Source: Blautia sp. (lineage in GTDB: Bacteria > Bacillota > Clostridia > Lachnospirales > Lachnospiraceae). Taken from it: a stretch of DNA of 64,000 nt. The notes below the pieces were generated by a model. The model was given only the letters and a program-made list of their open reading frames with translations, did no database searches and was not told where the DNA came from. The stretch covers positions 7,176-71,175 of the forward strand of contig JBJENG010000013.1 of NCBI GenBank assembly GCA_051880075.1, written 5' to 3'. Shown here piece after piece: positions 47,500-58,249 of this stretch; within the stretch, counting starts at the first letter, position 1; every line of letters starts with the position of its first letter. A program made the translations under genes and the position numbers.

Positions 47500-48197
47500 A
47501 ACACAAAAAAGAAAAAAACGATGCTAAAAAAGGAAAGATTTTTACCGTTATCGGACGTGAAATCGTAATCGCCGTAAAAGAGGGCGGTCCGGATCCAAAT
47601 AATAACAGCAAGCTTCGTGATGTCATTGCGAAAGCAAAAGCAAATAATATGCCAAATGACACAATTGAACGTGGAATCAAAAAAGCAGCCGGTGACAGCA
47701 ATGCAGACAACTATGAGCGCATTACTTATGAAGGATATGGACCAAGCGGTGTAGCGATTATTGTTGAAACACTGACGGATAATAAAAACCGTACAGCAGG
47801 AAATGTGAGAAGTTATTTTACAAAAGGAAGCGGCAATATCGGAACTCCTGGATGTGTATCTTTCATGTTTGACAGAAAAGGCCAGATTATTATTGATAAA
47901 GAAGAATGTGAAATGGATGCAGATGATCTGATGATGATTGCCCTGGATGCAGGTGCGGAAGATTTTTCCGAAGAAGAAGACAGCTTTGAAGTGCTTACGG
48001 ATCCGGACGAATTCAGTACGGTTCGTGAAGCTCTGGAAAAAGAAGGCATTCCGATGCTGGAAGCAGAAGTAGCCATGATTCCTCAGACTTACGTGGAATT
48101 GTCTGATGAACAGGATATAAAAAATCTGCAGAGAACTCTGGATCTTCTGGAAGACGATGACGATGTTCAGTATGTATGGCATAACTGGGACGAATAA
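47469..48197 (+). CDS. yebC: YebC/PmpR family protein
   Basis: [29 protein letters not shown]. Confidence 0.95.
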   Translation: MSGHSKFANIKHKKEKNDAKKGKIFTVIGREIVIAVKEGGPDPNNNSKLRDVIAKAKANNMPNDTIERGIKKAAGDSNADNYERITYEGYGPSGVAIIVETLTDNKNRTAGNVRSYFTKGSGNIGTPGCVSFMFDRKGQIIIDKEECEMDADDLMMIALDAGAEDFSEEEDSFEVLTDPDEFSTVREALEKEGIPMLEAEVAMIPQTYVELSDEQDIKNLQRTLDLLEDDDDVQYVWHNWDE

Positions 48198-48254
48198 AAA
48201 CAGAATAAATGAACACATAATACCTTCAGGAATGAATTCTTGGAGGTATTATTT

Positions 48255-48950
48255 ATGTCTGAAGAAAATAAAAAAAAGCTGGAAACAGATTCTGAGCAAA
48301 ATGAGCAGATTAAAGAAATGGGACAGGTGGTTTTGCAGGAGAATGAAAACAATTATCACATCCATCTGCTCAGTATTATCGGGGAAGTGGAAGGGCATGA
48401 ATCCCTTCCGAATAACAGCAAAACAACCAAATATGAGCATGTACTCCCAAAACTGGCAGTCATCGAAGACAGCAAAGAAATTGACGGTCTTCTCATTCTT
48501 CTGAATACAGTAGGCGGTGATGTGGAAGCAGGTCTGGCCATTGCGGAAATGATCGCTTCCATGAAAAAGCCTACCGTATCGCTGGTTCTTGGAGGAGGAC
48601 ATTCCATCGGAGTTCCTATGGCCGTTTCCGCAGATTATTCTTTTATCGTCCCATCTGCGACGATGGTTATCCATCCCGTGAGAAGCAACGGTATGTTCAT
48701 CGGCGTTATGCAATCGTACCGCAATATAGAAAAGATTCAGGACCGCATCACAGGATTTATCTCTTCCCATTCCAAAATGCCACAAAAACGGATTGAAGAA
48801 CTGATGCTGGATACATCGCAGCTTGTAAAAGATGTGGGAACCATGCTGGAAGGAGAAGAAGCCGTAAAAGAAGGACTGATCGATGAAGTAGGAGGGATTT
48901 CCCAATCGCTTGAAAAGCTTTATGAATTAATTCGGCAGCAGAAATTTTGA
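48255..48950 (+). CDS. tepA: TepA (ClpP-like protein)
   Basis: KTTKYEHVLP, LNTVGGDVEAGLA, GGGHSIGVP; upstream of ftsK. Confidence 0.88.
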   Translation: MSEENKKKLETDSEQNEQIKEMGQVVLQENENNYHIHLLSIIGEVEGHESLPNNSKTTKYEHVLPKLAVIEDSKEIDGLLILLNTVGGDVEAGLAIAEMIASMKKPTVSLVLGGGHSIGVPMAVSADYSFIVPSATMVIHPVRSNGMFIGVMQSYRNIEKIQDRITGFISSHSKMPQKRIEELMLDTSQLVKDVGTMLEGEEAVKEGLIDEVGGISQSLEKLYELIRQQKF

Positions 48951-49043
48951 ATAATTTCCGTTGTGTGATTTTCAATTTTATGATAAAATAGACATCTGAT
49001 AAAGGGAAACAGATAGGAAAATACAAAAGATGAGGTTATTAAT

Positions 49044-49919
49044 ATGTCACTGATACAGGTACTATTTTTTAGTTTACTGCAGGGAATCACTGAATTTCTC
49101 CCTGTAAGCAGTTCCGGTCATCTGGCCATAGTACAGAACATCTGGAATATTGACGGGGATACGGGGCTCTTGTTGGATACAATCCTTCATATGGGTACTT
49201 TAATTGCCGTATTTCTGGCATTCTGGACAGATATAAGAAGACTGTTCCTGGAATTTTTCCGGATTTTATATGACTTATATTATAATGTGAAAACAGTGAT
49301 TTATAATAGAAAACAATCTGAAGTAAAGCGTTACAGAAAACTGATTTCCAATAATTATCGTAAGATGATTTTATTGATTTTTCTTTCTACTATACCTACT
49401 GGTATTTTAGGATATTTACTCAGAGACTCCGTTGTCCTTGCGGATGACAGTCTTCTGGCACCGGGAATCGGATTTTTGGTAACAGCAGTTTTACTTTTTA
49501 TTGTGGATTTCTTTCCGGCAGGAAACCGAATCCCCAATAATACACGCTACAGTACCGCATTGATTATTGGACTATTTCAGGGAATTTCCGTGTTTCCTGG
49601 TATTTCCCGTCTGGGTATGACACTTACTGCATGCCTGCTTTGCGGATTTAACCGGAAATTTGCAATGAAATATTCTTTTCTTATATCAATACCAGCCGTT
49701 ATGGGAGCAATGATTCTGGAACTGGGACAACTTCCGGAAAATACCCTTTCTCTGTCCTTTGCAGGCAATTATGCTGCAGCCGCAATTGTGGCCACAGTGA
49801 CAGGAGTTTTTTGTATAAGGTTCATGCTCCGTCTTATCCGGCGTATAAAATTCCGTTATTTCAGTATTTACTGTTTTTTTGCAGGAATCGTGGCTGTAGC
49901 ATGTAATTTCCTTCTGTAA
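49044..49919 (+). CDS. uppP: Undecaprenyl-diphosphatase
   Basis: QGITEFLPVSSSGHL, PGISR. Confidence 0.9.
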   Translation: MSLIQVLFFSLLQGITEFLPVSSSGHLAIVQNIWNIDGDTGLLLDTILHMGTLIAVFLAFWTDIRRLFLEFFRILYDLYYNVKTVIYNRKQSEVKRYRKLISNNYRKMILLIFLSTIPTGILGYLLRDSVVLADDSLLAPGIGFLVTAVLLFIVDFFPAGNRIPNNTRYSTALIIGLFQGISVFPGISRLGMTLTACLLCGFNRKFAMKYSFLISIPAVMGAMILELGQLPENTLSLSFAGNYAAAAIVATVTGVFCIRFMLRLIRRIKFRYFSIYCFFAGIVAVACNFLL

Positions 49920-49955
49920 GACTGTCTGCAGTATTATAAAAAGGGAGTAATTATT

Positions 49956-52472
49956 ATGGCAGCAGCAAAAAAAACAACTTCAAAAAAGAATGCAGCAACC
50001 AAAACTGCAGCAATGAAAAAAACAGGCACTGCCACCAGAAGAAACACAAAAAAAGGTGGGAATGCCGGAAAAAAACGAGCCGTACCGGAAAAGACCGAAA
50101 CCGGTCTTTCCACCGAAATCTTTCTCTGGTTTCTTCTGGCGGTTTCCATATTGCTGTTCCTGAGCAATTTTGGGCTTGGCGGTATGGTGGGGAACCAGAT
50201 AAGTAAAATATTCTTTGGCCTGTTCGGCCTTATTTCCTATATTTTTCCAGTATTTTTGTTTCTGGATGCAGCTTTCGTAATTTCTAACAGCAACAATCCA
50301 AAAGCTTACCGAAAAATGGCAGGCTTTCTTTTGCTGTTTATTTCTCTGTGTGCGCTCATGCAGATGGTTACAGGAGGTTATTTTCAGGGCACTACCCTGT
50401 CTGAATATTATAAAACCTCTTCCCGTTATCAGACAGGCGGCGGTATTCTGGGAGGAATCGTGTGCAACGGAATGGCACTGGCTTTCGGAACGGTGGGTAC
50501 CTATGTACTGATTGTTGCAGCGATTGTGATCTCTCTGGTACTGATTACACAGAAATCCATGTTCCGTCTTCTGAAAAAGGGAAGTGAAAAAGTCTATACC
50601 AGTGCCAAAACGGAACATGAGAAACGGATTCAGAAAAAAGAACAGGCAGAATCGTTTCAGGAAAACCGGCGAACCGGCAGACGAGCCCGGACTGCAGCCG
50701 GTATTACTCGGATGACAGCTCTGAAAGAGCAGACCACCGAAGAAGAGACTGCCTTTGAGCCTCAGAAAGCCTTTCCTATTCATCGTTCCGAATCCCCGTC
50801 TTCTGAAGATAATGGTAACATGGAGGAAATCAAACCGAATCCGGAAAAGACTTCTGAGAGAACCACCAGAAAAACTACCGAACCAGAAGCTCAGGAAGAA
50901 AAAAATCAGAAAGCAAAACAGCCCCGCTCTTCAAAATCGGAAATTGAAAGCGGTAGCCATAATATTAAAGGTGAAATCGCAGATAAAGAACAGGAGCAGA
51001 AAAAGGAATATAAATTTCCTCCTGTCTCCCTTCTGAAAAAGGGAAATGATGCAGTAGGAGATTCTGATACACATCTGCGGAATACTGCTCAGAAATTACA
51101 GAAAACCTTACATAATTTTGGCGTAGATGTAACCATAACAAATGTAAGCTGCGGACCTACTGTGACCCGTTATGAACTGCAGCCGGAACAGGGCGTAAAA
51201 GTCAGTAAAATTGTAAGTCTTACCGATGATATCAAACTGAATCTGGCAGCTACAGATATCCGTATCGAAGCGCCCATTCCCGGAAAGGCAGCGGTTGGCA
51301 TAGAAGTGCCCAACACTCACAATAGTGCGGTCATGCTTCGGGAACTGATTCAATCCGATTCTTTTATGAAATGTAAATCAAAGCTGGCTTTTGCAGCAGG
51401 AAAAGATATTGCAGGTCAGCCGGTAATTGCAGATATCGGAAAAATGCCTCATCTGCTTATCGCAGGTGCCACCGGATCCGGAAAATCTGTCTGTATTAAT
51501 ACTTTGATTGTCAGTATTCTGTACAAGGCAAAACCAGAAGAAGTAAAGCTGATTATGATAGATCCGAAAGTAGTGGAATTAAGTGTATACAATGGCATTC
51601 CACATCTTCTCATCCCTGTGGTTACCGATCCGAAAAAGGCAGCCGGTGCGCTCAACTGGGCTGTAGCGGAAATGACTGACCGCTATAATAAATTTGCAGA
51701 ATATAATGTGCGTGATATAAAAGGATACAACGCAAAAGTAGAAAAAATAAAAGATATAGACGCAGAAGATAAACCTCAGAAAATGCCGCAGATCGTAATT
51801 ATTGTAGACGAGTTGGCTGATCTTATGATGGTAGCGCCCGGTGAAGTGGAAGATGCAATCTGCCGCCTGGCTCAGCTTGCCCGTGCAGCAGGCATTCATT
51901 TGATTATTGCCACCCAGCGTCCATCCGTAAATGTTATTACCGGTCTTATTAAAGCAAATATGCCCTCCAGAATTGCTTTTTCCGTATCTTCCGGAGTAGA
52001 TTCCCGGACAATCATTGATATGAACGGAGCCGAAAAACTTCTTGGAAAAGGTGATATGTTGTTTTATCCCCAGGGTTATCAGAAACCTGCACGTGTGCAG
52101 GGCGCTTTGGTCAGTGATCAGGAGGTAGCAGAGGTTGTGAAGTTCCTTTCTGCCCAGTCCTCAGATCGTGTTTATGACAATGCCATTCAGGAACAAATCA
52201 ATACCATGAAAGATGTAGCAGCCGGAAGCAGCGGAACGAACGGTGATACGCGGGATGCTTATTTCGCAGATGCAGGTAAATTTATTATAGAAAAGGATAA
52301 AGCGTCTATAGGCATGCTTCAGCGTGTATTCAAAATAGGATTTAATCGTGCGGCCAGAATCATGGACCAATTGTGCGAGGCCGGCGTAGTAGGTGAGGAA
52401 GAAGGCACCAAACCGCGAAAAGTCCTTATGTCTATGGAACAATTTGAACAATATATAGAAGAATATTTGTAA
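49956..52472 (+). CDS. ftsK: DNA translocase FtsK/SpoIIIE
   Basis: N-terminal TMs, AGATGSGKS, IDPK, VDELADLMM, ATQRPS, gamma domain. Confidence 0.95.
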   Translation: MAAAKKTTSKKNAATKTAAMKKTGTATRRNTKKGGNAGKKRAVPEKTETGLSTEIFLWFLLAVSILLFLSNFGLGGMVGNQISKIFFGLFGLISYIFPVFLFLDAAFVISNSNNPKAYRKMAGFLLLFISLCALMQMVTGGYFQGTTLSEYYKTSSRYQTGGGILGGIVCNGMALAFGTVGTYVLIVAAIVISLVLITQKSMFRLLKKGSEKVYTSAKTEHEKRIQKKEQAESFQENRRTGRRARTAAGITRMTALKEQTTEEETAFEPQKAFPIHRSESPSSEDNGNMEEIKPNPEKTSERTTRKTTEPEAQEEKNQKAKQPRSSKSEIESGSHNIKGEIADKEQEQKKEYKFPPVSLLKKGNDAVGDSDTHLRNTAQKLQKTLHNFGVDVTITNVSCGPTVTRYELQPEQGVKVSKIVSLTDDIKLNLAATDIRIEAPIPGKAAVGIEVPNTHNSAVMLRELIQSDSFMKCKSKLAFAAGKDIAGQPVIADIGKMPHLLIAGATGSGKSVCINTLIVSILYKAKPEEVKLIMIDPKVVELSVYNGIPHLLIPVVTDPKKAAGALNWAVAEMTDRYNKFAEYNVRDIKGYNAKVEKIKDIDAEDKPQKMPQIVIIVDELADLMMVAPGEVEDAICRLAQLARAAGIHLIIATQRPSVNVITGLIKANMPSRIAFSVSSGVDSRTIIDMNGAEKLLGKGDMLFYPQGYQKPARVQGALVSDQEVAEVVKFLSAQSSDRVYDNAIQEQINTMKDVAAGSSGTNGDTRDAYFADAGKFIIEKDKASIGMLQRVFKIGFNRAARIMDQLCEAGVVGEEEGTKPRKVLMSMEQFEQYIEEYL

Positions 52473-52491
52473 AGAAATGAGGTTATCTCAA

Positions 52492-53628
52492 ATGAAATGT
52501 ACGAACTGCGGTACAGAATTTAAGGATGGGAAACTATTCTGCCCCGTATGCGGCAAAGAAGTCCAATGGGTGCCGGAATATAATACTGTTGAAACAATTA
52601 TCCGTCAGAAAGAATTACAGGAAAAAGCTTTAAAAGAAAAAAAGAAAAAAGAAGAACAGGCCCAGCGCGAAAGGCAGCGCCAGGAAATGGCCAGGAAAAA
52701 GAAAAAGCGGAAAAAAATGATTCTTACCGGTTTTCTGGGTGCAGCTACCGTATTGTGTGCAGTGACCTGGTTTGCCATTTATCAGACCCAGTACAATTCT
52801 TTTGATGTACAGATGGCCCAGGCAGAATCCGAATTCAGCAACAAAGATTATAAAAATGCGATGAAATATCTGGAACGTGCACTGGAACTGCAGCCGGATA
52901 ATGCAGAAGCCAACATTCTGCAGGCAAAAATCTATATTGTGGATGGAGAAGAAACAAAAGCACTTTCTACTTTGCTTGCAGCCATTGAAACTTCTCCTGA
53001 CAGCGTCAGTGCTTATGGAGAGCTGCTCCGATTGTATGAGAAACAGAAAAATTATCAGGCAATCAAAGAGCTGCTGGATTCCTGTATGTATCAGAACATC
53101 AAAGAGCGCTATTCCCAATATATCTGTCCTCTTCCGGTAGTTTCTCTGGATGGAGGTGTTTACGACAAAAAACAGACGGTCAATTTTACAGCAATGGAAA
53201 AGGGAACCCGCGTTTATTACACTCTTGACGGTACAATTCCGGATCAGAACAGTACCCTGTACAACGAAGACAAGGGAATTTCTCTGGATGAAGAAGGCGA
53301 CTATCTGCTCAAATACATTGCCTACAACGCAAAGGGAATCCCAAGTGATACAGGAATTGAACACTATACCATTGCTTTTAAAGAACCGGATGCTCCGCGT
53401 ATCACTCCCGATTCCGGTCAATATGAATACGCAAGAACCATTCATGTGTTTGTCCCGTCCGGATGTACGGCATATTATGCTTTCGATGAAACTGTTACAC
53501 CAGAAAGTACCAAATATACAGGGCCCGTGCAGATGCAGAGCGGAGAACATATTTTTTCTGCTATCTTAGTAGATGAAAACGGAAAAGTAAGTAGTCCTGC
53601 CAGTGCTACTTATGTATTGTATGAATAG
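52492..53628 (+). CDS. Zinc-ribbon/TM/TPR protein with Fn3-associated (chitobiase C-terminal-like) domains
   Basis: CTNC...FCPVCG, one TM, ALELQPDNAEA, YYTLDGTIP. Confidence 0.8.
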   Translation: MKCTNCGTEFKDGKLFCPVCGKEVQWVPEYNTVETIIRQKELQEKALKEKKKKEEQAQRERQRQEMARKKKKRKKMILTGFLGAATVLCAVTWFAIYQTQYNSFDVQMAQAESEFSNKDYKNAMKYLERALELQPDNAEANILQAKIYIVDGEETKALSTLLAAIETSPDSVSAYGELLRLYEKQKNYQAIKELLDSCMYQNIKERYSQYICPLPVVSLDGGVYDKKQTVNFTAMEKGTRVYYTLDGTIPDQNSTLYNEDKGISLDEEGDYLLKYIAYNAKGIPSDTGIEHYTIAFKEPDAPRITPDSGQYEYARTIHVFVPSGCTAYYAFDETVTPESTKYTGPVQMQSGEHIFSAILVDENGKVSSPASATYVLYE

Positions 53629-53781
53629 CCTTAAGGAAACAGCATTCCTGGCTTTATCACAGAAAAGTATTATTTTTTTGCAAAAGTCAATTGAATTTTG
53701 GCTAAATTTGCATTATACTTGTTCTTAGCAATCATAGCAATAAATTATTTTCCCTCTAAGGGATTTTGTGAGGAGGACAAT

Positions 53782-54669
53782 ATGTACAAGATACTGAAAG
53801 CAGAAAAGCTGAATGAGGTTGTATACCTCATGGTAGTGGAAGCACCCCGTGTTGCACAGCATTGTGAACCGGGTCAGTTCATCATTGTAAAAAAAGATGA
53901 TGCAGGCGAAAGAATTCCGCTGACCATCTGCGATTATGACAGAGAAGCAGGAACTATTACCATCGTGTTCCAGCCAATTGGTGCTTCAACTGAAAAATTC
54001 GCTGCAATGAAAGAAGGAGATGCCTTCGAAGATTTTGTAGGTCCGTTAGGATGTCCGTCAGAATTTGTAAACGAAGATATTGAAGAACTGAAAAAAGAAA
54101 AAATCCTGTTTGTTGCCGGCGGTGTTGGTACCGCACCTGTATATCCACAGGTAAAATGGCTCCATGAGCATGGCATCGATGCAGATGTTATCGTAGGTGC
54201 CAAAACAAAAGATCTGATTATTCTTGAAAAAGAAATGGAAGCAGTTGCAGGTAATTTATATATTACAACCGATGATGGTTCTTATGGACGTCATGGTATG
54301 GTTACAAAAGTAATTGAAGATCTGGTTGCAGAAGGAAAGACCTATACAAAATGTGTTGCTATCGGTCCTATGATCATGATGAAATTCTGCTGCCTTACAA
54401 CACAGAAACTGAATATTCCTACAATCGTATCCATGAACCCGATCATGGTTGACGGTACCGGTATGTGTGGTGCCTGTCGTGTAATTGTAGGCGATGAAGT
54501 AAAATTCGCATGTGTAGACGGTCCGGAATTTGACGGACATCTGATTGACTGGAATCTTGCTATGCAGAGACAGCAGATGTACAAGACAGAAGAAGGCCGT
54601 GCTTTATTAAAACTCCGTGAAGGTGATACTCACCATGGCGGATGCGGAAACTGTGGAGGTGACGAATAA
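53782..54669 (+). CDS. nfnA: NADH-dependent reduced ferredoxin:NADP oxidoreductase subunit A
   Basis: PGQF, ERIPLTI, GGVGTAP, MVDGTGMCGACRV, CVDGPEF. Confidence 0.88.
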   Translation: MYKILKAEKLNEVVYLMVVEAPRVAQHCEPGQFIIVKKDDAGERIPLTICDYDREAGTITIVFQPIGASTEKFAAMKEGDAFEDFVGPLGCPSEFVNEDIEELKKEKILFVAGGVGTAPVYPQVKWLHEHGIDADVIVGAKTKDLIILEKEMEAVAGNLYITTDDGSYGRHGMVTKVIEDLVAEGKTYTKCVAIGPMIMMKFCCLTTQKLNIPTIVSMNPIMVDGTGMCGACRVIVGDEVKFACVDGPEFDGHLIDWNLAMQRQQMYKTEEGRALLKLREGDTHHGGCGNCGGDE

Positions 54670-56063
54670 TGGGTGACGTATTAAAGAAAGTACCGGTCAG
54701 AGAACAGGATGCAAAAGTCAGAGCAACTAATTTTGAAGAAGTATGTTTGGGATACAATAAAGAAGAGGCTGTAGAAGAAGCAAATCGCTGCCTTACCTGT
54801 AAAAATGCAAAATGTGTAAAAGGATGTCCTGTAAATATTGATATTCCTGGCTTCATTAAGGAAGTAAAAGAAGGCAATTTTGCTGAAGCTTATAAAGTAA
54901 TCGGAAAATCCAGTTCCCTTCCTGCAGTCTGCGGACGTGTTTGTCCTCAGGAAAGCCAGTGTGAAGGACAGTGTATCCGCGGTATAAAAGGAGAAGCTGT
55001 TTCCATCGGTAAACTGGAACGTTTTGTTGCTGACTGGGCAAAAGAAAACGGAATCAAACCGGAAGTTGCTGCTGAGAAAAACGGTCATAAGATTGCTGTA
55101 ATCGGTTCCGGTCCTGCCGGCCTCACCTGTGCAGGTGACCTGGCAAAACTTGGTTACGATGTAACCATCTTTGAAGCACTTCATCAGCCGGGCGGAGTTC
55201 TTGTATACGGTATTCCGGAATTCCGTCTTCCAAAAGATAAAGTTGTAAAAGAAGAAATTGAAAATGTAAAATCACTGGGCGTTAAAATCGAAACAAACGT
55301 AATTATCGGTAAATCTACAACCATCGATGAACTTCTTGAAAAAGAAGGATTCGAAGCAGTATTTATCGGTTCCGGTGCAGGTCTTCCTATGTTCATGGGA
55401 ATCCCTGGCGAAGTAAGCAACGGCGTATTTTCTGCAAACGAATACCTGACAAGAAGCAACCTGATGAAAGCTTTCCGTGAGGATCACGATACACCGATCA
55501 AGACCGGAAAGAAAGTTGCTGTTATCGGTGGCGGTAACGTGGCAATGGATGCTGCAAGAACTGCTCTCCGTCTTGGAGCAGAAGTTCACATTGTATACAG
55601 AAGAAGTGAATCCGAACTTCCTGCACGAGTAGAAGAAGTACATCATGCAAAAGAAGAAGGCGTTATCTTTGACCTGCTCACAAATCCTGTTGAAATCCTT
55701 GCTGACGAAAACGGCTGGGTAAAAGGTATGAAATGTGTTCGCATGGAACTTGGAGAACCGGACGCTTCCGGAAGAAGACGCCCTGTAGTAATTCCGGATT
55801 CTGAATTTGTACTGGATGTAGATACTGTAATCATGTCTCTCGGTACTTCTCCAAATCCGCTGATTTCTTCCACTACAATCGGGCTGGATACAAACAAGAG
55901 AAAATGTATCGTAGCAGATGAAGAAACAGGAAAGACAACAAAAGAGGCTGTCTATGCTGGAGGTGACGCAGTTACCGGTGCTGCAACTGTTATTCTTGCT
56001 ATGGGTGCAGGAAAAGCTGCTGCAAAAGGTATTGATGAATTTATCAAAGGCAAAGCAGAATAA
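54669..56063 (+). CDS. nfnB: NfnB (glutamate synthase small-chain-like)
   Basis: RCLTC...CVKGCP, CGRVCPQESQCE, GSGPAG, YGIPEFRL; coupled to nfnA. Confidence 0.88.
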   Translation: MGDVLKKVPVREQDAKVRATNFEEVCLGYNKEEAVEEANRCLTCKNAKCVKGCPVNIDIPGFIKEVKEGNFAEAYKVIGKSSSLPAVCGRVCPQESQCEGQCIRGIKGEAVSIGKLERFVADWAKENGIKPEVAAEKNGHKIAVIGSGPAGLTCAGDLAKLGYDVTIFEALHQPGGVLVYGIPEFRLPKDKVVKEEIENVKSLGVKIETNVIIGKSTTIDELLEKEGFEAVFIGSGAGLPMFMGIPGEVSNGVFSANEYLTRSNLMKAFREDHDTPIKTGKKVAVIGGGNVAMDAARTALRLGAEVHIVYRRSESELPARVEEVHHAKEEGVIFDLLTNPVEILADENGWVKGMKCVRMELGEPDASGRRRPVVIPDSEFVLDVDTVIMSLGTSPNPLISSTTIGLDTNKRKCIVADEETGKTTKEAVYAGGDAVTGAATVILAMGAGKAAAKGIDEFIKGKAE

Positions 56064-56201
56064 TTGGTTTCATATAAAAAGTGACAGTTCTTAAACGGAT
56101 TATTCCAAATGGGGAAGGTTGTGACTCACATGAAGTTATAACCTTCCCTGTATTTTTGCTGCAATAAAAGAAATAAAAAAACAGAAGGACAAATAAACCG
56201 A

Positions 56202-56909
56202 ATGGAAGAAAAGCAGGAAATTGTTTCATGGATACGAATGGAATTAAAAAAACATACAGATGAAGCCTACAAAGCTTTCCATCGTTCCCTGGTTCCGGGA
56301 CTGGAAAATATGATGGGAGTAAGAATTCCAGATATAAGAAAAATTGCAAAAACAGCAGCAAAAGAAGACTATTATGGATTCGTTGCGCATGCAGATGTAC
56401 GCATTTATGAAGAACAGATGATCCGTGGAATGATGATCGGATATGCACGACTTACAATAGAAGAGCAGAAAAAAGAGCTGGAAAAGTTTGTTCCTTTCAT
56501 TGATAATTGGGCAGTCTGTGACAGCTGCTGCACCACATACAAATTTATGAAAAAGAATCAGGAAGAATGGTTTGCATTTCTTCTTCCTTATCTATCCAGT
56601 GAAAAAGAATATGAAATTCGTTTTGCAGCTGTATGTATGCTTGATTTCTTTATGAATGATATATTTGTTGACCGGCTCCTGGATGTCTTTTCCTCTGTTC
56701 ATCATGAAGGATATTATGCTAAAATGGCTATCGCCTGGGCAGTATCGGTATGTTATGTGAAATTTCCGGGAAAAACAGAAGTTTTTCTTCTGAAAAATAC
56801 ACTGGATCCTTTTACTCATAACAAAGCTATTCAGAAAATCCGGGAATCTTACCGGGTTTCAAAAGAAAAAAAAGAGCACCTAAATCAATTAAAAAGGGGA
56901 ACCAAATGA
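56202..56909 (+). CDS. DNA alkylation repair protein (AlkD-like)
   Basis: GVRIP, IDNWAVCD, YYAKMAIAWA. Confidence 0.85.
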   Translation: MEEKQEIVSWIRMELKKHTDEAYKAFHRSLVPGLENMMGVRIPDIRKIAKTAAKEDYYGFVAHADVRIYEEQMIRGMMIGYARLTIEEQKKELEKFVPFIDNWAVCDSCCTTYKFMKKNQEEWFAFLLPYLSSEKEYEIRFAAVCMLDFFMNDIFVDRLLDVFSSVHHEGYYAKMAIAWAVSVCYVKFPGKTEVFLLKNTLDPFTHNKAIQKIRESYRVSKEKKEHLNQLKRGTK

Positions 56910-57754
56910 AACTTACCGTATTAATCGAAAATCAATCTTCGGACAATCTTTGCGGAGAACACGGTCTTTCTCTTGCAATTGACTACAAGAAGAAACATTA
57001 TCTTCTGGATACAGGAGCCTCCGGCACTTTTACAGCAAATGCAGAAAAACTCGGGATTTCTCTTTCAGAAGTAGATACCGCCTTTCTTTCTCATGGTCAT
57101 TATGATCATTCCGGCGGTTATGAAGCATTTTTTGAAATCAATAAAAAAGCAAACGTTTATGCAAAAGAACAGGTTCAGGAAGCCTGTTATTCCGGTTCCG
57201 ATTCCTCCCGACATTACATAGGAATCCCGGAAGATCTCATACAAAAGTATGGAAACCGATTTGTATTTGTAAAAGAAGACTGTGAAATCCAACCGGGCAT
57301 CTGGCTCATTTCCCACAAATCAACGGATCTTTCCAAAAGAGGAATGCGGGTCCACATGTACCGAAAAAAAAACAATACCTTCTTTCCGGATGATTTTGCT
57401 CACGAACAAAGTCTTGTCTTTGAAGCAGAAGAAGGTCTGATTCTTCTGAACAGTTGTTCTCATGGAGGAATTGAAACCATTGTAAAGGACGTAAATCAAG
57501 CACTTTATCCGAAAAAAGTATTTGCAGTCATAGGGGGTTTTCACCTGAAAGGGGCATCCGGTCTGGATTCTCTCGGAGTACCGGAAGAAGAGGTCTTACA
57601 AATGGGGACCTCCCTACTTGAAATGGGTGTAAAACAGATTTATACCGGTCACTGCACCGGATTTCCGGCATACGAACTTCTAAAAGAATCTTGCGGCAGC
57701 TGTGTTCATTACCTGAGAACGGGAACCGTAATCGAATTTACAGAGAAAGGATAA
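56906..57754 (+). CDS. MBL-fold metallohydrolase
   Basis: LDTG, SHGHYDHSGG, CSHGG, GGFH, GHCTG. Confidence 0.88.
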   Translation: MKLTVLIENQSSDNLCGEHGLSLAIDYKKKHYLLDTGASGTFTANAEKLGISLSEVDTAFLSHGHYDHSGGYEAFFEINKKANVYAKEQVQEACYSGSDSSRHYIGIPEDLIQKYGNRFVFVKEDCEIQPGIWLISHKSTDLSKRGMRVHMYRKKNNTFFPDDFAHEQSLVFEAEEGLILLNSCSHGGIETIVKDVNQALYPKKVFAVIGGFHLKGASGLDSLGVPEEEVLQMGTSLLEMGVKQIYTGHCTGFPAYELLKESCGSCVHYLRTGTVIEFTEKG

Positions 57755-57761
57755 ACGGATT

Positions 57762-58241
57762 ATGAAAATCACCCTGATTACCGTAGGGAAAATCAAAGAG
57801 AAATATCTAAAAGATGCCATTGCAGAATACAGCAAGCGCCTGAGTAAGTATTGCAAACTGGAAATCATAGAAGTATCCGACGAGAAAACGCCGGATTCTG
57901 CCAGTGCAGTTGTGGAAGAACAGATTCGTCAGAAAGAAGGAGAGCGAATCCTGAAGTATGTAAAAGAAGATGCTTATGTAATTACCCTGGAAATCGGAGG
58001 AAAGATGATGGATTCCGTAGAATTCTCCAGAAAAATAGAAACCCTTGGCATTCAGGGAGTCAGCCATATTACATTTGTTATCGGCGGTTCCATCGGACTG
58101 GGAAAAGAAGTTCTTCAAAAATCAGACTTTGCCCTGAGCTTTTCAAAAATGACCTTTCCCCATCAGCTTATGCGGGTGATTCTTCTGGAACAGATTTATC
58201 GTGGATATCGCATTATGGCAGGAGAACCCTATCACAAGTAG
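57762..58241 (+). CDS. rlmH: 23S rRNA m3psi1915 methyltransferase
   Basis: VGKIKE, FVIGGS, MTFPHQLMR, EQIYR, PYHK. Confidence 0.96.
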   Translation: MKITLITVGKIKEKYLKDAIAEYSKRLSKYCKLEIIEVSDEKTPDSASAVVEEQIRQKEGERILKYVKEDAYVITLEIGGKMMDSVEFSRKIETLGIQGVSHITFVIGGSIGLGKEVLQKSDFALSFSKMTFPHQLMRVILLEQIYRGYRIMAGEPYHK

Positions 58242-58249
58242 AGGAGGAA

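Noticed and set aside
53715-53745. Rex operator upstream of nfnAB
   Set aside because: TTGTT...AGCAA half-sites span 22 bp rather than the 18-bp Rex consensus
57851-58249. N-terminal extension making a 484-aa RsmH, or an rlmH-rsmH frameshift fusion
   Set aside because: Overlaps rlmH out of frame; a strong RBS precedes 58250/58256; no slippery site seen
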